From positions 1 through 62,615 of the forward strand of contig JAIXYV010000011.1 of the NCBI GenBank assembly GCA_027490055.1: a DNA stretch of 62,615 bases, in the 5' to 3' direction. This DNA comes from Bacteroidota bacterium (lineage in GTDB: Bacteria > Bacteroidota > Bacteroidia > NS11-12g > UBA955). The notes under the pieces were generated by a model, which searched no databases, was not told where the DNA came from, and saw only the letters and a list, made by a program, of their open reading frames with translations. This document shows positions 9,330 to 18,254 of the stretch, piece by piece. The position numbers and the translations under genes were made by a program. Within the stretch, counting starts at the first letter, position 1. Every line of letters begins with the position of its first letter.

Positions 9330-11072
9330 TTATTTCTTCAACCATGCTTTTAATATCACATCGTCGCCATTGTCGACGCTCAGTTGCAGGTCGTATTTCG
9401 GACTCTTTTGAGTCTCCAATGTAATCGTTCTGATTAAGCCTGCTCTGCTTATTAAAATGCTGTAAGGTGATGTGCTGTTTTTTAATACTTCATCTAAACT
9501 GATTTTTACTCTAATGTCATTCACTGCCAGTATCTCGTCGCCGGCTTGTAGGCCCGATTTCCAGGCTGGCGAATTTAGCTCTACCCAGCGAACCAGCATC
9601 TTATCACCTTTCTGCTCAGTGGTAATGCCTGTGAAATGCATGTTGCTCTGCTCGCGATTCGATAAAGTACACGCCGCTTTCTTCATCACTTCTGTGAGTT
9701 TTCCGAGGGTATTGACTTCGTTTAAGCCTGTTGCCCAGTCTTTAAAGTTGAGCGACTTCCCGGCAATCTTATCAATGGCAGCATAGAACTCATCATCGCT
9801 AAAGCCTCTTTGCTTTCCTATGTAGAACTCCTGATACAAATACTGCATCAATTGATCTAATCCTTTCTCTCCCTTAGTGGCTGATAATAATTCTATATCC
9901 AGTAAAGCTGCCAATGCTGATCCTTTAAGATAATAGGAGATGTTATTATTGGTGCTGTTTTCGGTTGGACGGTATTCTTTGATCCAGGCATCAAATGAGG
10001 CGTCGTGCATGCTCTGAACTTCGCCGCCCTTGCGATTAAGGGTTGCCGTAAAGGTAGAGGCTAATGTTTTGCGATAGTCACTCTCGCTCATAAAACCCGC
10101 TCTGTACATTGCAAGTTCATCGTAATAACTGGTGATGCCTTCGGCTACCCACAATAGATTGGTGTAGTTTTCTTTGCTGTAATCAAACGGTCCGAGTGCT
10201 GCCGGACGAATGCGTTTAACATTCCATAAATGGAAATATTCATGCGCACACAAGCCTAAAAAGGCTTTGTATCTATCGGCATTGCTGTAGTTGAAACGAG
10301 GCATCTGCACTACACTGCTGTTGGCATGCTCTAGTCCGCCTCCGCCTTCTTCCACGTGGTGAACAATGAACAGGTAGGATTTACACGGATGCGCTCCTAT
10401 AATATTGTACATGGTCTGACACACTTTGGTAAGGTCGCGCACAAATGTCTCTGTATTGCAATTGTTTCTGCCTACCATGGCGACTTTATGTGGCACTCCT
10501 GCAACTTCAAATGTCAGTTCGCTGTGATTGCCAATTTCTATTGGCGAATCTACCAACTCGTCGTAATTGTTAAATTTATAAGTGTTGTTGCCTGCACTCT
10601 CTAGGGTTGTCGATACCTTTGTCCATGCTGCCGGAAAGTTAAGCGTGAGCTGACCGCCGTTTTTGTATCCTTCTGCATACATCAGACAACTCGTTAATAA
10701 TAAAAACGCGTGGTCGTTGTCAATATAAGAGGTACGAACAGATTGCTCGAAGCAATAAATCGGGTAGGAGATGGTGACGCTGGTCTCACCCATTAAATCT
10801 ACTACCCAGGTACTTTTGTCTTTCTTGCTGATTTTTCCTTTACCTGATTTTACTGTAACTCGGTCTATATTCTTCTCAAACTCTCTCACCATATAACTGC
10901 CAGGGGTCCACACAGGCATTTTAAATTCTGCCGTTTTTGTTTTAATGCCCGTCAGGGTAATGTCTACCTGAGCATAATGTGAGTTCGGATTGTCAATGCT
11001 GATCTTGTAAGAAAGTTCTGCCTGTAATTCTGATACCATAAATAATACAATTGCTGAAATAATAAATCTCAT
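9330..11072 (-). CDS. M61 family (glycyl) aminopeptidase with C-terminal PDZ domain
   Basis: MPVWTPGSY, GGGLEH, HEYFHLWN, LWVAEGITSYY, ISYYLKG, SPAWKSGLQAGD. Start moved to the ATG at 11072 (signal peptide MRFIISAIVLF); the ORF track starts at 11135. Confidence 0.92.
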   Translation of the reverse strand: MRFIISAIVLFMVSELQAELSYKISIDNPNSHYAQVDITLTGIKTKTAEFKMPVWTPGSYMVREFEKNIDRVTVKSGKGKISKKDKSTWVVDLMGETSVTISYPIYCFEQSVRTSYIDNDHAFLLLTSCLMYAEGYKNGGQLTLNFPAAWTKVSTTLESAGNNTYKFNNYDELVDSPIEIGNHSELTFEVAGVPHKVAMVGRNNCNTETFVRDLTKVCQTMYNIIGAHPCKSYLFIVHHVEEGGGGLEHANSSVVQMPRFNYSNADRYKAFLGLCAHEYFHLWNVKRIRPAALGPFDYSKENYTNLLWVAEGITSYYDELAMYRAGFMSESDYRKTLASTFTATLNRKGGEVQSMHDASFDAWIKEYRPTENSTNNNISYYLKGSALAALLDIELLSATKGEKGLDQLMQYLYQEFYIGKQRGFSDDEFYAAIDKIAGKSLNFKDWATGLNEVNTLGKLTEVMKKAACTLSNREQSNMHFTGITTEQKGDKMLVRWVELNSPAWKSGLQAGDEILAVNDIRVKISLDEVLKNSTSPYSILISRAGLIRTITLETQKSPKYDLQLSVDNGDDVILKAWLKK

Positions 11073-11120
11073 TCTGCAAATATGCTGTAATAACTCAGCT
11101 TTAACAAGCAAATTAAGGGC

Positions 11121-11149
11121 ATAAAAATAGCCCACATTAAGTGGGCTAT
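11121..11149 (-). terminator. Intrinsic terminator of the left small-gene unit
   Basis: Minus strand reads ATAGCCCAC-TTAAT-GTGGGCTAT-TTTTAT. Confidence 0.88.
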
Positions 11150-11199
11150 CAACTCTAGATTTTGTGTATTTGTATTTGTGTGTGTCGTGTTGGGGTTTC

Positions 11200-11409
11200 C
11201 TAGGTGTTTAAGCCAATTAGAAACAAGGCGCTAAATAATGATACAATAGCAATGGTCTTAGTAATACGGTCTGCCATAACAGCACTGATTAAATAAGGCT
11301 TCTCAATTTCTTCTTGTGTGTTGTACAATTCATACGGTAGTCCGGTAAAGCGACTCGCTTGATGAACTTCTAATCCACTGTAGGTGCTGAAATTGGTTTG
11401 ACGTTGCAT
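11200..11409 (-). CDS. 69-aa small protein with a C-terminal hydrophobic helix
   Basis: ORF lies between its own promoter (11489-11504) and terminator; C-terminal TIAIVSLFSALFLIGL. Confidence 0.6.
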   Translation of the reverse strand: MQRQTNFSTYSGLEVHQASRFTGLPYELYNTQEEIEKPYLISAVMADRITKTIAIVSLFSALFLIGLNT

Positions 11410-11488
11410 AATTATTATAAGGTTTTTAGCAGGCTTTTTGATAGGTTTAAATACTCAAAATGTATTAATACTTAAATTTTTCAAATGG

Positions 11489-11504
11489 CCTATACCCAAA
11501 TATA
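11489..11504 (-). promoter_or_regulatory. Promoter -7 element and start region of the left unit
   Basis: Minus strand TATATTTGGGTATAGG, identical to 11938-11953 on the plus strand. Confidence 0.8.
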
Positions 11505-11937
11505 GACAACAAGTAATTCATGAATAAGTTTTTCTTAAAATTTCTATAAATATATTGTAAGTACTTGAAATTAAGTAGTATAATTTTTAATTGAGATCTG
11601 GTTTGTTATTGTTTTTTCAGGTTTTAGTTCTGAGCCTGAACTTAAAATGCGCCATTTTCTTCTTAAAGCTTTTTTTAAAAACCTTTTAAATTTAACGATT
11701 GATTTATTATTAAAATATATTAATGTTTTACCTGTTTGGGCTGATGTTAAAATATATGTATGATTTCTAAGTTTGATTTCGACTTAGTACCCTGGTTTTT
11801 AAAAATGAAACTGTATTTTTATCCTTGAATGGGCAAACTTTACGCTTGGAATAAAAAATTTTCAATTTGAATATCAGGTGTTTATGATCTAAATCAAAGT
11901 TTTTTTTCGATCTTGTTAAAATCATCAGATGGTTTTT

Positions 11938-11953
11938 TATATTTGGGTATAGG
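11938..11953 (+). promoter_or_regulatory. Promoter -7 element and start region of the right unit
   Basis: TATATTTGGGTATAGG (matches the TAnnTTTG consensus). Confidence 0.8.
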
Positions 11954-12027
11954 GTATTAAAACAATGTGAGTTTTATTACTTATTAAGTAGAAAATCCTA
12001 ACAAAAAACAAAAAATAAAATACTAAT

Positions 12028-12228
12028 ATGAACAACTCTGCAACACTAAAAAACAACAGTAAAAAAGGTTTTTACTTCACCGAAATCTTAATGCTTAAAT
12101 CTATTATAGCATTATTAATCCTGACTTTCTTTTTATTAAACGAGATGCAGGCATCTAACCACGAATCAAATACCATGAATGATCATAAAGGCTACAAGGT
12201 TTGCGAATCAAATCCTGAAAGCCACTAA
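12028..12228 (+). CDS. 66-aa small protein with a central hydrophobic helix (TM or signal peptide)
   Basis: ILMLKSIIALLILTFFLL; A-rich region before the ATG; own promoter and terminator. Confidence 0.6.
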   Translation: MNNSATLKNNSKKGFYFTEILMLKSIIALLILTFFLLNEMQASNHESNTMNDHKGYKVCESNPESH

Positions 12229-12282
12229 ATCTTTCATTATAAAAAGACACACACACAAATACACAAAATACCTCTAAAGACT

Positions 12283-12310
12283 ATAGCCCACTTCGGTGGG
12301 CTATTTTTAT
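12283..12310 (+). terminator. Intrinsic terminator of the right small-gene unit
   Basis: ATAGCCCAC-TTCG-GTGGGCTAT-TTTTAT. Confidence 0.9.
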
Positions 12311-12410
12311 TTCCATTAGATTTTTCTTTTATAGCTTTTCGATAAAGAAATGTCTTCAATTCTTAGATATCAGCTTGCATTCTTTATCTTTGTGTCACTA
12401 AACACTATCA

Positions 12411-13106
12411 ATGAACACCGTTTTGCCGCCATTTGTACCACTCTCAATGGTACTCTCTCTTTTCCTCTGCGTATTTTGTTTCTATAAAGCTTCTGGGAAT
12501 GCCACCAGGGTGCTTTCAGTTATTTTAGCTTTTGCTGCTGTTCAGGGATTAGCAGCCTTTCTTGGTTTCTACTCGCAGTTCGATGCAGTGCCTCCCAGAT
12601 TGCCACTTTTAGTCCTGCCGTCTTTTGCTCTAATTGCGCTCTTATTTGCTTTTCCAATGAGCAGAGCGTTTCTCGATGCTATCGATCCTTCGTGGCTTAC
12701 TTTTTTGCACATTGTCAGATTTCCAATTGAATTAGTCTTGTATTGGCTTTTCTTGTTTGATCTGGTGCCAGAGCTCATGACCTTCGAAGGTCGCAACTAC
12801 GATATACTCTCAGGCATCACAGCGCCTTTTATTGCCTATTGGGCTTACATCAAAAAGTCTATGAACCCGAAATGGTTGCTGGTATGGAATTTTATCTGTC
12901 TGGCTTTGTTACTGAATATCGTTATTCAGGCTATCCTGAGTGCACCCGGACCCTTTCAGCAATTATCTTTTGAACTGCCTAATACGGGTGTATTCTATTT
13001 CCCATATGTTTGGCTGCCATCTATTATCGTGCCTCTGGTGTTTCTGTCGCATGTCATCTGTATCCGACAATTGATTAGAACCTTGTCGCTTAAGCACGGT
13101 GCTTAA
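12411..13106 (+). CDS. Multi-pass membrane protein of unknown function
   Basis: About 7 hydrophobic segments, GRNYDILSG, FPYVWLP; TATCTTTG promoter at 12385-12392. Confidence 0.75.
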   Translation: MNTVLPPFVPLSMVLSLFLCVFCFYKASGNATRVLSVILAFAAVQGLAAFLGFYSQFDAVPPRLPLLVLPSFALIALLFAFPMSRAFLDAIDPSWLTFLHIVRFPIELVLYWLFLFDLVPELMTFEGRNYDILSGITAPFIAYWAYIKKSMNPKWLLVWNFICLALLLNIVIQAILSAPGPFQQLSFELPNTGVFYFPYVWLPSIIVPLVFLSHVICIRQLIRTLSLKHGA

Positions 13107-14202
13107 TGGCACGCTGTGTGATAAGTTTCGCAGCCCGCTCACTGGCTCCCGGTTCCCCGACTTTTATTTTTAATGCAGCATAAGAATTTAGCATGGCTTG
13201 TCTGCCTTCGCCGTCCAGTATGAGGTTGAGTTCTTTCTTAATCTGATTTTTGGTAAAGTCGACCTGTATTAACTCGCTCACGACTTTTCTGTCCATGATC
13301 AAATTAACCAGAGAAATAAACTTGACTTTAATTACCAGCTTGCCGATTTCGTAACTGATCTTACTGAATTTATAACACACTACCTGCGGGCAGTTAAGTA
13401 AGGCTGTTTCTAATGTGGCAGTGCCACTGCATACCAAAGCGGCATGGGCGTTGACTAATACATCGTAAGTTTTACCTTTGATTAAGCGGACATTCTTGCC
13501 TTCTGTATAAGTATTGTAAACCTCGTCGTCTATATGTGCTGCGCCAGCGAGTATGAATTCATATTCCGGATACTCGTCGCAAACTGTTAACATCGTTGGT
13601 AAGACATGTTTCAATTCGCTCATTCTGCTACCTGGTAAAAGGGCAATGATAGGTTTGCTGATTTGGTGATTAGCTTTGAAATTCGGATCAAAAGGATACT
13701 GTGCAATGGCATCGCAAAGGGGATTGCCGATGTAATCAGGAACAACTTTGTAGGTCTTGAAAAATTCTTTTTCAAATGGCAGGATCGAATACAGATAGTC
13801 GACATAGGCCTTGATTTTTTTAGCCCTTTTAACATTCCAAGCCCAAACCTTTGGCGAGATATAGTAATGCGTCTGAATACCGTTTTCTTTACCAAACTTC
13901 GCCATTTTCAGATTAAATCCGGGATAGTCAATTAGTATCAAGGCATCTGGCTGATAACTTAAGATGTCCTGTTTACAGAATTTTAAAAATCCAAGAATTT
14001 TAACGATATTCAATAGCACATCTGTTAAGCCCATAAAGGCTGTCTCTCTGTAATGTTTTACTCTGGTTCCGCCTTCTGCCGACATCAGATCGCCACCCCA
14101 GAATCTGAATTCTGCTTCAGAATCGTTTGCACGGATGTGTTTCATTAGGTTCGCTCCGTGTAAATCTCCGCTTGCTTCTCCAGCTATGAGGTAGTATTTC
14201 AT
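13090..14202 (-). CDS. lpxB: Lipid-A-disaccharide synthase
   Basis: IAGEASGDLHG, IDYPGFN, SPKVWAW, LLPGSR, SGTATLE. Confidence 0.97.
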   Translation of the reverse strand: MKYYLIAGEASGDLHGANLMKHIRANDSEAEFRFWGGDLMSAEGGTRVKHYRETAFMGLTDVLLNIVKILGFLKFCKQDILSYQPDALILIDYPGFNLKMAKFGKENGIQTHYYISPKVWAWNVKRAKKIKAYVDYLYSILPFEKEFFKTYKVVPDYIGNPLCDAIAQYPFDPNFKANHQISKPIIALLPGSRMSELKHVLPTMLTVCDEYPEYEFILAGAAHIDDEVYNTYTEGKNVRLIKGKTYDVLVNAHAALVCSGTATLETALLNCPQVVCYKFSKISYEIGKLVIKVKFISLVNLIMDRKVVSELIQVDFTKNQIKKELNLILDGEGRQAMLNSYAALKIKVGEPGASERAAKLITQRAIKHRA

Positions 14203-14281
14203 TCGTTGTGCAAATTAAACTCAAAATTTACACAATTCGTTGCTAAAAATGCCTTAATTTCGCGCAAATTTTATTAAAGAA

Positions 14282-15460
14282 ATGAAAGAAGTATATATCG
14301 TTTCCGCCGTTAGGACAGCAATGGGTAGCTTTATGGGCGCTCTGTCTTCTGTACCTGCTACTAAACTTGGTGCAGCTGCCATCAAAGGTGCTATCGAGAA
14401 AATCGGTTTAAACCCTGAAGAAGTTCAGGAAGTATATTTTGGTAGTGTTCTGCAAGCTGGTCTTGGTCAGGCCCCTGCCAGACAAGCCGCAAAATTTGCA
14501 GGTTTGCCAAACACGGTTCAATGTACTACAGTTAATAAAGTTTGTGCCAGTGGTATGAAATCTATCAGTCTTGGTGCTCAGCAAATTATGCTGGGTATGG
14601 CAGATGTGGTTATCGCCGGTGGTATGGAAAGCATGAGCAATGTGCCGCATTATATGATGGGCAGCAGAACTGGCTATAAATATGGTAATGTTAACATGAT
14701 CGATGGTCTGGCCAACGACGGCTTACAAGATGCCTATAACCATCAAATGATGGGCTGGTGCGCTGATCTTTGTGCTAAAGAATACAGCTTCAGCAGAGAA
14801 ACTCAAGACGAATTTGCTATCAACTCGTACAAAAAAGCGGCTCAGGCCTGGGCTGATGGTAAATTTAACGACGAAATCGTGCCAGTTGAAATGACCGATA
14901 GAAAAGGTAATGTGACTCAATTCGTTCACGACGAGGAATACAAAAATGTGTTCTTTGATAAAATCCCTGGTTTGAAACCTGCTTTCAGCAAAGAGGGTAC
15001 CGTTACTGCTGCTAACGCCAGTACGATGAATGATGGTGCTGCTGCTTTAGTATTGATGAGCAAAGAGAAAATGGAAGCTCTTGGTCTTACACCAATCGCC
15101 AAATTAAGAGGTTTTGCAGATGCTGAACACGAACCAGAATGGTTTACAACCGCTCCAAGTAAAGCAATGCCTAAAGCTGCTGCTCACGCTGGTGTGGCTA
15201 TGTCAGATATCGAATATTTCGAATTCAATGAGGCTTTCTCAGTAGTTGGTTTAGTTAACACTCAACTGATGAACCTTGATGCTGCTCGTATCAATGTAAA
15301 CGGTGGTGCTGTTGCTCTTGGTCACCCGCTCGGAGCCAGTGGCGCAAGAATTATCGTTACACTTATCAATGTTCTGAAACAAAATAACGCTAAAATTGGC
15401 GGTGCTGCAATCTGTAATGGTGGCGGTGGTGCAAGCGCTATGGTGATCGAACTTGTTTAA
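14282..15460 (+). CDS. atoB: Acetyl-CoA C-acyltransferase (thiolase)
   Basis: NKVCASGMK, NEAF, GHPLGASG, CNGGGG. Confidence 0.93.
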   Translation: MKEVYIVSAVRTAMGSFMGALSSVPATKLGAAAIKGAIEKIGLNPEEVQEVYFGSVLQAGLGQAPARQAAKFAGLPNTVQCTTVNKVCASGMKSISLGAQQIMLGMADVVIAGGMESMSNVPHYMMGSRTGYKYGNVNMIDGLANDGLQDAYNHQMMGWCADLCAKEYSFSRETQDEFAINSYKKAAQAWADGKFNDEIVPVEMTDRKGNVTQFVHDEEYKNVFFDKIPGLKPAFSKEGTVTAANASTMNDGAAALVLMSKEKMEALGLTPIAKLRGFADAEHEPEWFTTAPSKAMPKAAAHAGVAMSDIEYFEFNEAFSVVGLVNTQLMNLDAARINVNGGAVALGHPLGASGARIIVTLINVLKQNNAKIGGAAICNGGGGASAMVIELV

Positions 15461-15504
15461 TCCACTCTGCACAATATTTAGTGCCTTTTTGTATTAAGTA
15501 TAAT

Positions 15505-16344
15505 ATGCGTGCTCTGTTATCGGCCTCCGTCTTTCTTATTTTCTTTTGCTCGGTTCAGCTGAAAGCAGACTACAATCCTTTGCTTAAAAAATACTCTGAT
15601 AGCCTGCGCTATCATCGTAATGCGGATGTTCGTCTGCTCTATAACGATTCGTTTACTAAACTCATTCGCGATCTTGCTGATGAAGACAATGGCTTCAATG
15701 AATCTCTCGATTCTATCATGTCTACCATCTCGGTTCTGAATTCTGAAGATGGTAAACTCAGAGTCATCTCCTGGTTAGTCATTAACGATAAAGAGGAATT
15801 CTTTAACTATTGCCTGGTGATGTACCGCGCTAAAGAAAATAAACCTCATAAAACTTTCTGGCTGCGCGATAAAATAGAATCCAAATCGGATTCGATTTAC
15901 GAGGATTTTACTGCCGATTTCTGGCCAGGTGCCCTCTATTATCAAATGTACCAGTTCAAAAAGAAAGGTCGTAACCACTATTGTGTTCTGGGTATGAATG
16001 GTAAAAATAGTTTTTGCAACCAGAAAATAATCGATGTGCTGTGGTTTGATAAAGAAGAGGAACTCCATATCGGTGCTCCTGTTTTCTATGCCTTCGAAAA
16101 AGATTATACGCCACAATACAGGGTGTTTTTTGAATATGCCGATCAGTCGACCATGCTGCTGCGCTTCGAAAAAGAACAGAAAATGATTACCTATTCTAAC
16201 CTGGTGCCCAGCAATCCTGAAAAGATTGGCATGAAACAGTATTATATTCCAGATGGTAGAATCGATTTTTATGTCCTCAAAAAGAAAGGAAAATGGATCC
16301 GCTACGATGGCCTGAAAGATTTTGATTTTCTTGGCAACGAATAA
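15505..16344 (+). CDS. Hypothetical exported protein
   Basis: Long ORF with a signal peptide from the ATG at 15505 (track start is GTG 15481). Confidence 0.7.
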   Translation: MRALLSASVFLIFFCSVQLKADYNPLLKKYSDSLRYHRNADVRLLYNDSFTKLIRDLADEDNGFNESLDSIMSTISVLNSEDGKLRVISWLVINDKEEFFNYCLVMYRAKENKPHKTFWLRDKIESKSDSIYEDFTADFWPGALYYQMYQFKKKGRNHYCVLGMNGKNSFCNQKIIDVLWFDKEEELHIGAPVFYAFEKDYTPQYRVFFEYADQSTMLLRFEKEQKMITYSNLVPSNPEKIGMKQYYIPDGRIDFYVLKKKGKWIRYDGLKDFDFLGNE

Positions 16345-16384
16345 ATTTCATTATCTCAGTGTTTCTTATTAAAATTGTAATCCA

Positions 16385-17035
16385 ATGTTTCGTCTCTCTC
16401 TAATCGCAGTTTTTTTGATATGTGCCTCTGGTAGCGCCGACTATGGTTTTAAAGTGGCGAAGGTAAAATACAAGGGGGGCGGCGACTGGTATGCCAACAA
16501 AACGGCATTGCCCAATCTTGTCAAATTCTGTAACGACAACCTTAAAACCAATATCAATCCCGCTGACGCCACTGTTGAAGTGGGTTCTCCGGAAATATTT
16601 AATTACCCTTGGATTTACCTCACTGGTCACGGTAATGTGGTCTTCACTGATGCCGAAGTTGTTAATCTGAAAAAGTACCTCATGGCTGGTGGTTTCCTCC
16701 ACATCGACGATAACTACGGACTTAAACCCTTTATCGTGCCACAAATGAAAAGGGTTTTTCCAGAACTGGACTTTGTTGAATTGCCATTTACCCACCCAAT
16801 TTATAACCAGAAATATACCTTTAAAAATGGCTTGCCTAAAGTACACGAACATGATGGTAAACCACCACAAGGTTTTGGACTTATACACGAAGGTAAACTG
16901 GTGTGCTTTTTTACCTATGAGTGCGACTTGGGCAATGGCTGGGAAGATCAGTCTGTTTACAACGATCCGGAAGAAAAACGTCAGGAAGCCCTTAAAATGG
17001 GTGCCAATATTATTCAACTGGCCTTTAATAAATAA
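16385..17035 (+). CDS. DUF4159 domain protein
   Basis: YKGGGDWY, YPWIYLTGHG, GGFLHIDDNY, DLGNGWE. Confidence 0.85.
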   Translation: MFRLSLIAVFLICASGSADYGFKVAKVKYKGGGDWYANKTALPNLVKFCNDNLKTNINPADATVEVGSPEIFNYPWIYLTGHGNVVFTDAEVVNLKKYLMAGGFLHIDDNYGLKPFIVPQMKRVFPELDFVELPFTHPIYNQKYTFKNGLPKVHEHDGKPPQGFGLIHEGKLVCFFTYECDLGNGWEDQSVYNDPEEKRQEALKMGANIIQLAFNK

Positions 17036-17041
17036 TTCAGC

Positions 17042-17917
17042 GTGAAGAAACTGGTGGTCATCTATAATCCCTTTTCCGGCAGGAAAAAGATCAAAGATTT
17101 ACCGCAGCTCATCGACCGACATATTAATCACCTGCTCTTCGAAACCCATATCTGGCCTACCGAAAAAGCCGATGATGTGATTCTGCTAACTGAAAAAGCT
17201 ATTCGTGAAAAAGCCGATATCATTATGGGGGCTGGTGGTGATGGAACTATCAATCAAATTGCCTCCCGATTAGTCAATACCGGAATCGCTCTGGGTGTTA
17301 TTCCACTGGGTTCTGGAAATGGCTTCGCCAGACATTTTAAAATCCCCCTTAATACCGCTCAGGCTATTTCTAAAATATCTGATTATTCTGTTAAAGATAT
17401 TGATACTGTATGGTTTAATCGCCATTGTATGATAAATATAGGCGGAATAGGTTTTGATGCTCATATCAGCTCGGCTTTCGCCAATACCAAAAAACGTGGA
17501 TTGCAGGGATACGTTAAAACCATTGTTCGCGAACTGAATTATAAAAGTCAGTTTTATAGTATCTATAACAAGGGCGAAAGGGTATGGGAAGGCAATGCTT
17601 TTATGATTGGTATCGCCAATGCCACGCAATGGGGTAACAATGTTGTTTTACATCCAGGCGCCAAACCTGATGATGGCTTGTTTAATCTGGTTGTACTCAA
17701 GAAATTTTCTCCAATCGATTTTGTTGTTATCCTTAAAAATCTGATGGAAGGTAAACTCCATAGCAACAAAAATAGTGTGGTCTTTACTGGCACCGACTTT
17801 ATGATAAGACGAGAAAAAGAAGGACCTATCCATGTCGATGGCGAACCTATCTGGCTGGGTAAAGAAATAAATATTAATATTGAACCTTTAAGCTTAAAGA
17901 TTTTGTGTCATGTCTAA
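17042..17917 (+). CDS. Diacylglycerol-kinase-family (YegS/BmrU) lipid kinase
   Basis: NPFSG, GGDGT, IPLGSGNGFAR, GIGFDA, HVDGE. Confidence 0.9.
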   Translation: MKKLVVIYNPFSGRKKIKDLPQLIDRHINHLLFETHIWPTEKADDVILLTEKAIREKADIIMGAGGDGTINQIASRLVNTGIALGVIPLGSGNGFARHFKIPLNTAQAISKISDYSVKDIDTVWFNRHCMINIGGIGFDAHISSAFANTKKRGLQGYVKTIVRELNYKSQFYSIYNKGERVWEGNAFMIGIANATQWGNNVVLHPGAKPDDGLFNLVVLKKFSPIDFVVILKNLMEGKLHSNKNSVVFTGTDFMIRREKEGPIHVDGEPIWLGKEININIEPLSLKILCHV

Positions 17918-18248
17918 AAAAGTAAAACGCAATTTTGATGGAATGGTCTATAGCACCGACTCCGATTTCGATTATCAGGAGGAGAGTGAGGATATTGAAA
18001 CGCCTGAACCCAAACATCAAAAACTCATTATCCGTCTCGAAACCAAACAACGCGGTGGTAAAAAAGCTACTATGATTGCAGGCTTCGTTGGCAAGTCCGA
18101 GGATCTTGAAACACTCGCTAAACAATTGAAAAATCACTGTGGTACCGGTGGAAGTGTTATTGATGGCGAAATACTTATTCAAGGCGAACAAATTAAAAAG
18201 GTGAAGGAATTTCTTCAGGCTAAAGGCTACAAAACCAATAATATCTAA
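17910..18248 (+). CDS. yciH: SUI1/YciH translation initiation factor homologue
   Basis: RGGKKAT, LKNHCGTGGSV, ILIQG. Confidence 0.9.
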   Translation: MSKKVKRNFDGMVYSTDSDFDYQEESEDIETPEPKHQKLIIRLETKQRGGKKATMIAGFVGKSEDLETLAKQLKNHCGTGGSVIDGEILIQGEQIKKVKEFLQAKGYKTNNI

Positions 18249-18254
18249 GACATC

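Noticed and set aside
11505-11937. Replication origin in the AT-rich spacer
   Set aside because: No cluster of DnaA boxes (TTATCCACA-like) and no origin-linked genes
11121-12310. Transposon/MITE or invertible segment bounded by inverted repeats
   Set aside because: The inverted similarity is patchy and maps to promoter, leader and terminator parts of two divergent units. There is no transposase, recombinase or evident target-site duplication. Inversion is not strictly excluded.
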